From Candidatus Methylacidiphilales bacterium (GTDB taxonomy: Bacteria > Verrucomicrobiota > Verrucomicrobiia > Methylacidiphilales > JANWVL01), in the NCBI GenBank assembly GCA_025056655.1, contig JANWVL010000164.1, positions 661-64,660 of the forward strand: a stretch of 64,000 nucleotides of DNA, given 5' to 3'. The notes beneath the pieces were generated by a model, which saw only the letters and a program-made list of their open reading frames with translations, did no database searches and was not told where the DNA came from. The stretch's first letter is position 1. Each line of letters opens with the position of its first letter. Below, in pieces: positions 29,603 through 38,564 of this stretch. The position numbers and the translations under genes are program-made.

Positions 29603-29735
29603 CTCTACTGCTTTTGCAAAATGCTTCTACTGAAAGAACCCGATATCACTTAATCCAAAAAAATTAGAAAAAAGTTTGCCATTTAATCCCTCATCCCTAA
29701 ATCTATGCTTACTCTACGAACTGCCCCCAGACCCT

Positions 29736-30485
29736 ATGGAATCTATAGCTAAAATTGGCATCATATTAGCGTTAATCGGTGGTATCTTCTCTGGCATCTT
29801 CGCATTCCTCTTCAAAACCGGTCGCTACGATACCACTAAGGCCGACCTAAGCGTCACTAAAACTAATCTCGAACAAACCACAAACAAACTTAACCAAACC
29901 GAATCCGAACTTTCGGCAACGAAACAAAATCTCGAAGCTACCACAACACAACTTTCCGAGGCGAGAAGTAAAGCTGAAAGTCTAACTCAGTCTCTCAATG
30001 AAGCCACAGAAAAACTCAGCAGCCTCGAGAAAGAGCTCGTCCAAACCAAAGAAAAAATGGCCCTAGCAGAGGCTAAGCTTGCCGAAGTAAATCGAACCTT
30101 AGGTGAAAAATCAGAAGAAGCCCGCGCCGCAACTGAAAAACTTGAAGCCCTACAAGCAGAACGCAAAATCATCGATGAACAACTGGCTGCTGCACAAAAA
30201 GAAATCAACCGCTTGAACGACCTCATTCGTCGCAAGCCAGACAAAAAGCTGCCCCCAGGCATATCCGGTCGTATCGTCAATGTAAATAAAAATTGGGGCT
30301 TTGTCGTGCTCAACATCGGCGACAAAGACGGTCTCATCCCTGGAGGGGAATTGATCGTATACCGTGGAAAAGAGTATATTGGTAAACTACGCGTCACCTC
30401 CACAGAAGCCAAAACAGCCGTCGCTGACATAATCCCAGACGCGACCAGAGGAGAAATCCAAATCGGCGATGAAGTCTTTAATTAA
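29736..30485 (+). CDS. Membrane-anchored coiled-coil protein, hypothetical
   Basis: MESIAKIGIILALIGGIFSGIFAFLF is a TM anchor, followed by about 130 aa of heptad-like Glu/Lys/Leu/Thr-rich sequence and a small beta-rich C-terminal domain (GRIVNVNKNWGFVVLNIG). The ORF-track TTG start at 29676 is an alternative. Confidence 0.55.
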   Translation: MESIAKIGIILALIGGIFSGIFAFLFKTGRYDTTKADLSVTKTNLEQTTNKLNQTESELSATKQNLEATTTQLSEARSKAESLTQSLNEATEKLSSLEKELVQTKEKMALAEAKLAEVNRTLGEKSEEARAATEKLEALQAERKIIDEQLAAAQKEINRLNDLIRRKPDKKLPPGISGRIVNVNKNWGFVVLNIGDKDGLIPGGELIVYRGKEYIGKLRVTSTEAKTAVADIIPDATRGEIQIGDEVFN

Positions 30486-30663
30486 GTCCATCATCCTCAT
30501 CCCCATCATTTCCAGCTTCATCGGCTGCGCCACGACAGAAAAAAACACTGAAAACAAACGTGTATCCACCGTCCCATGGAATAAACCCCAACGTTGGGAA
30601 GGCTATGGTCAAATGGGAGCTGTAGCCGATGCCATGGGAGCAGGACGTCCGGGTGGCTACTGA
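30469..30663 (+). CDS. Small lipoprotein, hypothetical
   Basis: MKSLIKSIILIPIISSFIGC is a signal peptide plus lipobox. 64 aa, overlapping the upstream stop by 17 nt. Confidence 0.45.
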   Translation: MKSLIKSIILIPIISSFIGCATTEKNTENKRVSTVPWNKPQRWEGYGQMGAVADAMGAGRPGGY

Positions 30664-30715
30664 CTAATCTGCTTCTACCATCTGCACTCTTTTTTGATCT
30701 AAGCTTCTCACAGAC

Positions 30716-31828
30716 ATGGTCGTTCCCTTTTTCGACCTCAAAGCGCAATACGCAGCGCTTGAGAAAGAAATCCTTTCTGCCATCGCAGATTTTCTCCCTA
30801 AACAACAGCTCATCTTAGGAGAGACCGTAGAAAACTTTGAAAGACACCTTTCTCGATATTGCCATACACCTCATGCAATCGGTGTATCATCAGGCACAGA
30901 TGCTCTCGCGCTCGCCCTTGAATCCTTAGAAATTCAAGCAGGCGATGAAGTGATCGTGCCCGCGTTTACTTACTTCGCTACTGCTAGCGTTGTCGTGCGA
31001 CGTGGAGCAAAACCCGTTTTCTGCGACATCGATCCCCTCACCTACAATCTCAATCCACATCTGCTAGAAAGCCTCTTGACCTCTCGCACCAAGGCTATCA
31101 TCCCAGTGCATCTTTTTGGCCATGCCGCTCCGATGCCAGAAATCTTGGCTTGGGCGATGCGTCACAACGTCGAAGTCATCGAGGATGCTGCTCAAGCAAT
31201 CGGGGCTGAGATTCATGGAGCCCGAGTAGGAAGTTTCGGTCGCATGGCGGCCTTTAGTTTTTATCCGACTAAAAATTTGGGCGCCTTTGGCGACGCCGGC
31301 GCACTTACTGCACATCGCGATGAAGACGCGATACGCCTGCGAATGCTTCGCGCGCAAGGCTCAAAAGAACGTTACGTCCACGAAGGCATCGGTGGCGCAT
31401 TCCGACTCGATGCCCTACAAGCTCTAATTCTCAGCATCAAACTACCTCATCTCGAAAGCTGGCACGAAGCCCGCCAACAACACGCCCGCTACTACCTCCA
31501 TCACTTATCGGATATCGAAGGCTTATCGCTTCCAGTCACGCTTGACGGTTACCGCCACACCTATAACCAATTCGTGATCCGCACTAAGCAACGAGACGCC
31601 CTACGCGCTCATCTGCAAAACATGGGAATTTACACTGAGATCTACTACCCACGCGCTCTGCCAGATCAGCCAATTTTCGTTCAACTCGGTTATCACAAAT
31701 GCTCCTGCCCTGAAGCTCGCGCCGCCGCACGCGAAGTCTTGGCCCTTCCAATCTATCCCGAGCTAACCGAAGAAGCCTTGCAAAAGGTCGTTCATGCTAT
31801 CCGACTATTTTTCAACAAAAACGGATAG
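30716..31828 (+). CDS. DegT/DnrJ/EryC1/StrS-family PLP-dependent sugar aminotransferase
   Basis: The N-terminus VPFFDLKAQY, then SSGTDAL, and FYPTKNLGAFGDAG containing the PLP lysine. 370 aa. Confidence 0.88.
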   Translation: MVVPFFDLKAQYAALEKEILSAIADFLPKQQLILGETVENFERHLSRYCHTPHAIGVSSGTDALALALESLEIQAGDEVIVPAFTYFATASVVVRRGAKPVFCDIDPLTYNLNPHLLESLLTSRTKAIIPVHLFGHAAPMPEILAWAMRHNVEVIEDAAQAIGAEIHGARVGSFGRMAAFSFYPTKNLGAFGDAGALTAHRDEDAIRLRMLRAQGSKERYVHEGIGGAFRLDALQALILSIKLPHLESWHEARQQHARYYLHHLSDIEGLSLPVTLDGYRHTYNQFVIRTKQRDALRAHLQNMGIYTEIYYPRALPDQPIFVQLGYHKCSCPEARAAAREVLALPIYPELTEEALQKVVHAIRLFFNKNG

Positions 31829-32105
31829 CCCGATTCCAGAGCCACCAACTCCATATCCTTGCCTTCACAAGGCCCCTTTGTCGCCTTTTTTGCGTAAAAA
31901 GATACTGTTTGCACGAATTAGTAAATAGTTCTTGCTTTTTTTAAATTTTTTAATACAAAAACGTATAAGCGGACGCTCGCGTTCCTTTACTGGAACCATC
32001 CTCCTCCTCCTTGGCGGGCGTCCGCCCTTACTTTTTCGAGTCCTCTCACAGCCTTTTCACCAAGCCCCTCTTGCACCCCTCAGGAAAAGCAAGAATAATA
32101 CCCCA

Positions 32106-33203
32106 ATGACCGATCTGGAAGCCTACGTCGCACTCAATCAAGTGCCTCGGCTCGGCCCCATCACTGCCCGTCGCTTAATTGAAACACTGGGCTCACCGGC
32201 AGCAATATTCCAAGCCTCGACGAATGAATTGACCGCAGTCCGCGGCATTGGTCACGAAATTGCTCAAGCGATCAAAAACTCAAATCCCATCGAATTGGCC
32301 GAAAAGGAGCTCTCACGAGCCAACCAGCGACAAATCCAAATCCTAGTCCCATCCGATGCCGCCTATCCAGAGGCTTTGCGCGAGCTCGAGGATGCACCAC
32401 TCGTTCTCTACATCCGCGGCACAGTCCCCCAAAAATGGCCGCGTAGCCTAGCCATTGTCGGTTCGCGTTCGATTTCACATTACGGTGAACAAACAGCAAA
32501 AAAGCTCGCCTACCAACTCGCCTACGCCGGCGTGCCGATTGTCTCTGGCCTAGCGCGCGGAATCGACTCCTACGCCCATCAAGGCGCGCTGGCTGCTCAG
32601 GGGACGACATGGGCAGTCCTAGGATGCGGCCTTTCTCATATTTACCCGCCAGAAAATACTCCATTAGCGGATAAAATCATCGAAAGCGGTGGATGTTTGA
32701 TCAGTGAGTTTCCTCTGGATACCCAGCCCGACCGTCAGACCTTTCCCATGCGCAACCGCATCATCAGCGGCCTGAGCTTTGGCGTCCTAGTAATCGAGGC
32801 CGGCAAAGACAGCGGCGCCTTGATCACCACACGTTTTGCACTCGAGCAAGGCCGCCAAGTCTTTGCAGTCCCCGGGCGGATTGATTCTCCCCACTCCAAA
32901 GGCTGCCACCAGCTTATCAAAGAAGGCGCCAAGCTCGTCGAGGATGCACAAGATATATTACAAGAGCTCCAATACCTCTTCCCACCCATTCCTGAGCCGC
33001 AAAGCAGTCGCCCCATTCCTGCCTCACTGTCGGAAACTGAACGTCTAATTTTCGACGCGATCGGCACAGAAGAAATCCCCATAGACCATCTTATCGCCAC
33101 CACAGGTCTGCCCGCTCAACAAGTCTCCTCCACGCTGCTCCGACTCGAAATGAAGAAACTTATCCGTCAACTTCCAGGCAAATTTTTTGTTCGGACGGCA
33201 TGA
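32106..33203 (+). CDS. dprA: DNA-processing protein DprA (Smf)
   Basis: Carries SGLARGIDSYAHQGAL and a Rossmann-like core, with a C-terminal winged-helix-like tail. The start is trimmed to the ATG at 32106 (MTDLEAY), giving a typical 365 aa. Confidence 0.88.
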   Translation: MTDLEAYVALNQVPRLGPITARRLIETLGSPAAIFQASTNELTAVRGIGHEIAQAIKNSNPIELAEKELSRANQRQIQILVPSDAAYPEALRELEDAPLVLYIRGTVPQKWPRSLAIVGSRSISHYGEQTAKKLAYQLAYAGVPIVSGLARGIDSYAHQGALAAQGTTWAVLGCGLSHIYPPENTPLADKIIESGGCLISEFPLDTQPDRQTFPMRNRIISGLSFGVLVIEAGKDSGALITTRFALEQGRQVFAVPGRIDSPHSKGCHQLIKEGAKLVEDAQDILQELQYLFPPIPEPQSSRPIPASLSETERLIFDAIGTEEIPIDHLIATTGLPAQQVSSTLLRLEMKKLIRQLPGKFFVRTA

Positions 33204-33221
33204 TTTCCAAGAAAGTCTGCG

Positions 33222-35927
33222 ATGTCCTTTCAAGTCACCTACTCCGGCTCAATTCATCTCCCCGATCACCAATACTGGCTCGATCCGCGCCACCCGGTGC
33301 CGTTAGCTTTTATTTCTCATGCTCATTTTGACCATTTCTCAGCGCATCAACATGCCCACGCCTCTCAACCCACTGCTCATCTTATCAGTTGTCGCACCGA
33401 TTTATCGACGACGATCGATGCCTGGCCTTGGGCTACACCGCAAACCATCAACACCGGCTTGCAAGCCACTCTATACCCGGCAGGTCACGTCTTAGGCTCA
33501 GCAATGATTGAGCTAAACGACGGCCATCAATCCCTTCTCTATACCGGAGATTTCAAGCTGCGCGACTCACTCACAGCAGAAAAAGCGGCTCCCCCTCGAG
33601 CTGATATTTTGATCATGGAGACGACCTATGGACTGCCGCACTACGTCATGCCTCCTACAGAAAAGACAGTCCGACAGATCCTAGATTTTTGTCGTGCTAC
33701 TTTGGAGGATGATGAAACGCCTGTTCTTCTCGCCTATTCACTTGGAAAAACCCAGGAACTACTAGCCCGTCTTACGCCTCATCTCGATGTCCCTTTTTAC
33801 TTACATCCGCAAGCATACAAAATCGCTCAAGCCTATGAACAGCTCGGCTATGCACTTGGATCCTATGCCGAGATTCCACACAGCTACAAAAAACGCGGCG
33901 AAGCGGTGATCCTCGCTCCACCGCAGATGAATGGGACCGCATGGATGAAGAACATCCCCGCGCGGCGCGTCGCCTTAATTAGCGGCTGGGCACTCGATCC
34001 CGGCGCAATCTACCGCTACCGCTGCGACGCGGCTTTTCCGTTGTCCGACCATGCAGACTACAACGAGCTTCTCGAATTAGTCCGCATGGTGAAACCGCGC
34101 CGCGTTTACACCGTGCATGGCTTTGCAGTCGAATTTGCAGAGACCCTACGTCAACTCGGCATCGAAGCATGGGCGCTCGGTCAGGAAAACCAGCTCGATT
34201 TCTTTGAACAATACCAGTCCAAGCGGCGTCCCAACTTCAAATCATTATCCCTCCCTTCACGAAAAAAAATAATCGCACGGGAGCCAGATCCCGAGACGTT
34301 TTTGGCCTTTGCTCAAGCCGCAGAAGAGATCGCTGAGCTATCCAGCAAAAAATCTAAGGTGCGAGTCTTAGCTCAATATTTAGCCAAATTATCTTCCACA
34401 ACTCTGCCTCTGGCAGCTCTGTATTTCTCGGGCCGCGTCTATCCCACGGCATCTTCGCGCACGTTGAACTTTTCTTGGTCGCTAATGAAGCGTGCTGTGC
34501 TTGAAGTCGCCGAATGCACAGAGAGCGATTTCAAAGAGATCTACCGCAGCGCTGGAGATAGCGCTACGACGACTGAATGTCTGCTTGAAGGCAAAACGAA
34601 ATCTGAGCCTTGGCCGCTTACACAAGTCGCCCAGTGGTTTGAGCTGATCAGCAACACATCTGGTTCCCTACAGAAAGTCCATATCGCGGCCAACACCCTT
34701 CGCTGTATCACCCCGCTTGAGGCTAAATACCTCTCCAAGCTCGTCACTGGAGATTTGCGCCTTGGCTTAAAGGAGGGACTTGTCGAGGAAGGCATAGCTG
34801 CGGCTTTTTCTCAACCGCTACGCTTGGTGCGGGAGGCGCTGCTTCTATGCGGCGACATCGGCCGTGTGGCGTTGGCTGCCCAAAACAATTCTTTGCCGGA
34901 AGTCACTTTGCAAGTTTTCAATCCGATCCCATTTATGCTTGCGACGCCTCTTCCGACAGCAGCATCGATCATCCAGCATATGGGGCAGGAATTGTGGGCT
35001 GAATACAAATATGACGGCATTCGTTGCCAAATCCACAAGCAAGGCGCTCGTGTCGAGCTCTATTCGCGCGAGCTTCGCTGCATCACAGACACCTTCCCAG
35101 AGATAGCCATTGATGCGGCTTCTCTGCCATTTGATTTCATCGCTGATGGCGAAGTTTTGGGGTGGCAACAGGGTCGTCCGCTTCCGTTTACTCAGCTTCA
35201 ACGGCGACTGGGGCGACAGGAGCACGACTTATTTCTCGGCAGCGAAATTCCTGTAGCCTTGATCCTTTACGACTGTCTCTACTGGGAGGGTGAGTCTCTC
35301 CTTCATCGAGAGTTGAGAGAACGCAAAGCTTTCTTATCTCGGCTTGCTGAAAATCCGCGTCCCACCATTCTTGTCGCTCAAGAGAAGATCCTCCGTGGCG
35401 AGGCCGCACTAGAAGCCTTCTTTCAACAAGCGCGTCTGGAGGGACACGAAGGCTTGATGATTAAAAATCCTCGCAGCCTATACACGATAGGGCAACGCGG
35501 TCAGTTTTGGATCAAATACAAGCAACCGTTTAATACTCTCGACGTTGTCGTGGTGGCCGTGCAATACGGTCACGGGAAACGCCGGGGCATGCTTTCGGAT
35601 TATACGTTTGCGGTGCGCGATGACGACGGGCAGTTGCACGTCATCGGCAAGGCCTATTCAGGCCTGACCAACCGTGAAATCGAGGCGTTAACTCAGCACT
35701 TTCTCGCGACGACGATTCGGGAAGAGGAGGGGCGGTTGATTGTGAAGCCGACGGTGGTCCTGGAAGTTGCTTTTAACGCCATCACACCGAGTTCACGTTA
35801 TCCTTGTGGCCTGGCCTTGCGTTTTCCGCGTATCGTGACGATTCGACACGACAAGACGCCGGAGGAAATTGATACGCTTAGTTTTTGTCGCAGCCTTGCC
35901 TATAAGGCTAGCGGATCGGAATCGTGA
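33222..35927 (+). CDS. Fusion protein: MBL-fold (beta-CASP-like) ligase-associated exonuclease domain plus ATP-dependent DNA ligase
   Basis: The N-terminal part has the metallo-beta-lactamase motif ISHAHFDH and later SDHADYNEL. The C-terminal part has adenylation motif I EYKYDGIRCQIH (KxDG), EGLMIK and FWIKYK ligase motifs, and an OB-fold tail. It is a single 901-aa frame. Confidence 0.85.
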   Translation: MSFQVTYSGSIHLPDHQYWLDPRHPVPLAFISHAHFDHFSAHQHAHASQPTAHLISCRTDLSTTIDAWPWATPQTINTGLQATLYPAGHVLGSAMIELNDGHQSLLYTGDFKLRDSLTAEKAAPPRADILIMETTYGLPHYVMPPTEKTVRQILDFCRATLEDDETPVLLAYSLGKTQELLARLTPHLDVPFYLHPQAYKIAQAYEQLGYALGSYAEIPHSYKKRGEAVILAPPQMNGTAWMKNIPARRVALISGWALDPGAIYRYRCDAAFPLSDHADYNELLELVRMVKPRRVYTVHGFAVEFAETLRQLGIEAWALGQENQLDFFEQYQSKRRPNFKSLSLPSRKKIIAREPDPETFLAFAQAAEEIAELSSKKSKVRVLAQYLAKLSSTTLPLAALYFSGRVYPTASSRTLNFSWSLMKRAVLEVAECTESDFKEIYRSAGDSATTTECLLEGKTKSEPWPLTQVAQWFELISNTSGSLQKVHIAANTLRCITPLEAKYLSKLVTGDLRLGLKEGLVEEGIAAAFSQPLRLVREALLLCGDIGRVALAAQNNSLPEVTLQVFNPIPFMLATPLPTAASIIQHMGQELWAEYKYDGIRCQIHKQGARVELYSRELRCITDTFPEIAIDAASLPFDFIADGEVLGWQQGRPLPFTQLQRRLGRQEHDLFLGSEIPVALILYDCLYWEGESLLHRELRERKAFLSRLAENPRPTILVAQEKILRGEAALEAFFQQARLEGHEGLMIKNPRSLYTIGQRGQFWIKYKQPFNTLDVVVVAVQYGHGKRRGMLSDYTFAVRDDDGQLHVIGKAYSGLTNREIEALTQHFLATTIREEEGRLIVKPTVVLEVAFNAITPSSRYPCGLALRFPRIVTIRHDKTPEEIDTLSFCRSLAYKASGSES

Positions 35928-36948
35928 CCCCTATAGAAATTCCGCCGCGCACTCGCCGGTGGGGGTAAGAGAATGGGCAAGTGTAATGGGGGGAAAGAGG
36001 GTAAGGATACGCGTAGATCGTTTTGCAGGTTGGCCAGTGGTAGATCGGCTCAAAGCAAAATAAGGGCGGTGGAGCAATGACTCGATCTACGATTATCGTT
36101 GTCGAATGACTGGGCGTTGTCGAGTGACTTAGGCGTGATAGTCGGGATGCAAAGGTGGCCGGTGGTGCAGGGCGCCAAGGGGCTTCCGAGAGTTGCGATT
36201 TTTTCTCAACTGCAGGGACGGCTGCAGGTTCTTCGGTTGGAGCAGGAGTGGCTTTGGGGAGGGCTTGTGCTTGGGCGGCTGCTAGTTGGGCTTCTGTTTC
36301 GCGGAGCTTTTTCTCGAGAGCGAGTTGCTCGGCGCGGGCTTTTTCTTCGGCGAGGCGTTGGGCTTCGGTTTCTTTTTCTTGAAGTGATGCATGGTGGCGT
36401 TGGGCTTCGGCGAGGAGGGTATCTAGGCGTTTGAGTTCTGCTCGTTGTTGGGAGATTTCTTCTTGGAGAGATGTATAGCTGTCAGGGTAGGGCTGAGGGG
36501 TTTTCTTTTGTGAACTTTGTGTGGGGGCGTAGAGAGTGTCAACTTTTGATATGAGTTTCTCAGCTTCTTGGAGTGCGGTTTCGGTGCGGTTGTAGAGTTG
36601 CTGGAGGAAGGCTAGGTCTATGGATCGGCTTTGTGTGGCGGCGAGGTAGGTGGCATGGCGAGTGATGAGCTCGTCGGAGAAGGCGCGGGCGCGATCGGTG
36701 TGGCTGCGGGCTTGGGCCAGAAGGGTTTCTGTCTCGATGCGGCGTTGGGCTTCTTCCCAGATTCGTTGTCGTTCTTGGCGTTCGTGGTGGGTGTAGAGGC
36801 CGAGGCCAAGTATTGCTGTTGTGATGAGGGTGAGGAGGGTATAGAAGAGGGGTCGATTGAGCGCGAGGTGGATGGTGGTGTGGGTGGCTGGGTGATTGGT
36901 TGAGTGATTGGAGGGAGGGGGCTCGGAGTTAGAAGGCTGGCTGTTCAC
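35908..36948 (-). CDS. Hypothetical membrane-anchored coiled-coil protein
   Basis: One TM segment (LFYTLLTLITTAILGLGLY), then a long Glu/Ala/Gln/Arg-rich coiled-coil region and a Cys/Tyr/Pro-rich C-terminus. Its 3' end overlaps the ligase gene by 20 nt (convergent). Confidence 0.5.
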   Translation of the reverse strand: MNSQPSNSEPPPSNHSTNHPATHTTIHLALNRPLFYTLLTLITTAILGLGLYTHHERQERQRIWEEAQRRIETETLLAQARSHTDRARAFSDELITRHATYLAATQSRSIDLAFLQQLYNRTETALQEAEKLISKVDTLYAPTQSSQKKTPQPYPDSYTSLQEEISQQRAELKRLDTLLAEAQRHHASLQEKETEAQRLAEEKARAEQLALEKKLRETEAQLAAAQAQALPKATPAPTEEPAAVPAVEKKSQLSEAPWRPAPPATFASRLSRLSHSTTPSHSTTIIVDRVIAPPPLFCFEPIYHWPTCKTIYAYPYPLSPHYTCPFSYPHRRVRGGISIGVTIPIR

Positions 36949-37010
36949 GAATTAAAAATGTCGCATACAAACATTGTTTGTCAAGCAATTGGATTTTGTA
37001 AATCGTTGAT

Positions 37011-37068
37011 AAAAAGAAGGAAAAGGGAGGAAAGAAGAGGGGAAGGAAAGAGAAAGAAGGGGGTGGGA
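37011..37068. repeat. Homopurine/homopyrimidine tract
   Basis: 37011-37063 is 53 consecutive purines on the + strand (aaaaagaaggaaaagggaggaaagaagaggggaaggaaagagaaagaaggggg). One T at 37064 is followed by gggа-type purines up to the frr stop codon at 37069. Confidence 0.9.
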
Positions 37069-37629
37069 TCAAACTTTCATCAGCTCTGTTTCTTTGGATG
37101 CGACCATTTGATCGATTTTTTCGATGTAGGTGTCGGTGAGTTTTTGGATTTCTTTTTCGGCGAGTTTGACGTCGTCTTGGGTGAGGGTGCCGGCTTTTTG
37201 TGCGGCTTTGACTTGTTCGAGGGCGTGGCGGCGGGTGTTGCGGATGGCGACGCGGCCGTCTTCGGCGATGCGTTTGATGGTTTTGACTAATTCTTGGCGG
37301 CGCTCTTGTGAGAGGGGCGGGATGGGGAGGCGGATGAGTTTTCCGTCGATTACGGGTGTGATGCCGATTTTGGATTCTTCGATGGCTTTGCGGATGGGGT
37401 CGACGTTGCTGGCGTCCCAGGGTTGGATGAGGATGAGGCGTGGATCGGGGGTGGTGATGGCGGCTAGCTCTTTGAGCTTCATGTGGGTGCCGTAGGCGTC
37501 GACGGGGATGTTGTTGACGAGGTCGGCGGAGGCTTTTCCGCTGCGGACTGAGGCGAATTCGTCGTGGGTGACGGCGACTGTTTTTTCCATGTGCTCTTCG
37601 GCGTGGAGGAGGATTTCGTCGAGGGACAT
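37069..37629 (-). CDS. frr: Ribosome recycling factor
   Basis: 186 aa. MSLDEILLHAEEHMEKTVAVTHDEFASVRSGKAS and IRLPIPPLSQERRQELVK are typical Frr segments. Confidence 0.93.
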   Translation of the reverse strand: MSLDEILLHAEEHMEKTVAVTHDEFASVRSGKASADLVNNIPVDAYGTHMKLKELAAITTPDPRLILIQPWDASNVDPIRKAIEESKIGITPVIDGKLIRLPIPPLSQERRQELVKTIKRIAEDGRVAIRNTRRHALEQVKAAQKAGTLTQDDVKLAEKEIQKLTDTYIEKIDQMVASKETELMKV

Positions 37630-37705
37630 AGGCGGGCAAGATTTTTACAGCCCGTTTCCTAGCGGCGCGGGGACGTAGCGACAAGGCAAAAGCGCGGGGT
37701 GGGGA

Positions 37706-38434
37706 CTAGCGGCCTTGCTCGAGGCGTGTGGCGAGAAATTCGGGGAGTCCGGCTTTGCGGATTTTGCGTTGTGCGAGGGCGATGTCGTAGGGGACGCGGC
37801 GGAATTCGACGGTGTTTTGCTCGGGGCGGTAGATGACGTAGCAGGCGCGTGGGTCTTTATCGCGAGGTTGGCCGACGGAGCCTACGTTGACGAGCCATTG
37901 GCCTGAGGAGGTGAGGACGTGCTTGGGGTCGCGGTAGATGGTGAGATGGGAGGTGCGCAGTTCGCAGACCATTGGGATGTGGGTGTGGCCGTGGAAGCAG
38001 CCGACGAGTTTTTGTTCTTTGAAATGTGCCATGGTTTCGGCCATGGTGTCGACGTAGTTCCATTTTTCTGGCTCGTGGAGGGAGGCATGGACGAGGATGA
38101 AGTCGTTCATTTGTCCGACGAGGGGGAGCTTGGCGAGGAATTGACGTTGTTCGCGGGAGAGTTGGCCGCGGGAGTATTCGAGGGCGAGGCGGACGGTTTC
38201 GCGGTGGTTGTCGAGGCGGTGATCGCCGGCGACTTCGGCGTCGTGATTGCCGAGGATCATGGGGCATTCGAGGTTGCCGATGAGATCGAGGCATTCGACG
38301 GGATTGGCGCCGTAGCCGACGACATCTCCGAGGAAGAGGTGCATATCGACCCCTTGTGATTCCATGTCCTTGAGGACAGCTTGGAGCGCCTCTAAATTGG
38401 CATGGACGTCGCTGAAGATGGCTATTTTATTCAT
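37706..38434 (-). CDS. Metallophosphoesterase (calcineurin-like, ApaH/PrpE-type)
   Basis: Carries IAIFSDVHAN, LGDVVGYG, GNHD and GHTH motifs. 242 aa. Confidence 0.8.
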   Translation of the reverse strand: MNKIAIFSDVHANLEALQAVLKDMESQGVDMHLFLGDVVGYGANPVECLDLIGNLECPMILGNHDAEVAGDHRLDNHRETVRLALEYSRGQLSREQRQFLAKLPLVGQMNDFILVHASLHEPEKWNYVDTMAETMAHFKEQKLVGCFHGHTHIPMVCELRTSHLTIYRDPKHVLTSSGQWLVNVGSVGQPRDKDPRACYVIYRPEQNTVEFRRVPYDIALAQRKIRKAGLPEFLATRLEQGR

Positions 38435-38564
38435 AGAGACTATGGGGTCGATATTGTAGGCGGGAAAGGATAGATAAGAATTTGCTGCATGAATAGTAAA
38501 TAAACGGGGGTGGGCCTTGCTGCGCGCGAGGCAGCTCGAGGGATGAAAGTAGGAGAGATAGGCG

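Noticed and set aside
31856-31897. Possible intrinsic terminator after the aminotransferase gene: ccttg/caagg stem followed by a tttttt run.
   Set aside because: The stem is only 5 bp and is separated from the T-run by about 13 nt, which is too weak to call.
31932-32105. 58-codon in-frame TTG-initiated extension of dprA.
   Set aside because: It contains the stem-loop and the AT-rich non-coding-looking sequence. The ATG at 32106 gives a normal-length DprA.
36929-37684. 251-aa Arg/Pro/His-rich minus-strand ORF overlapping frr. The + strand ORFs at 36904-37290 and 37130-37495 are similar.
   Set aside because: frr occupies the conserved frame. The others are compositional shadows that also cross the polypurine tract.
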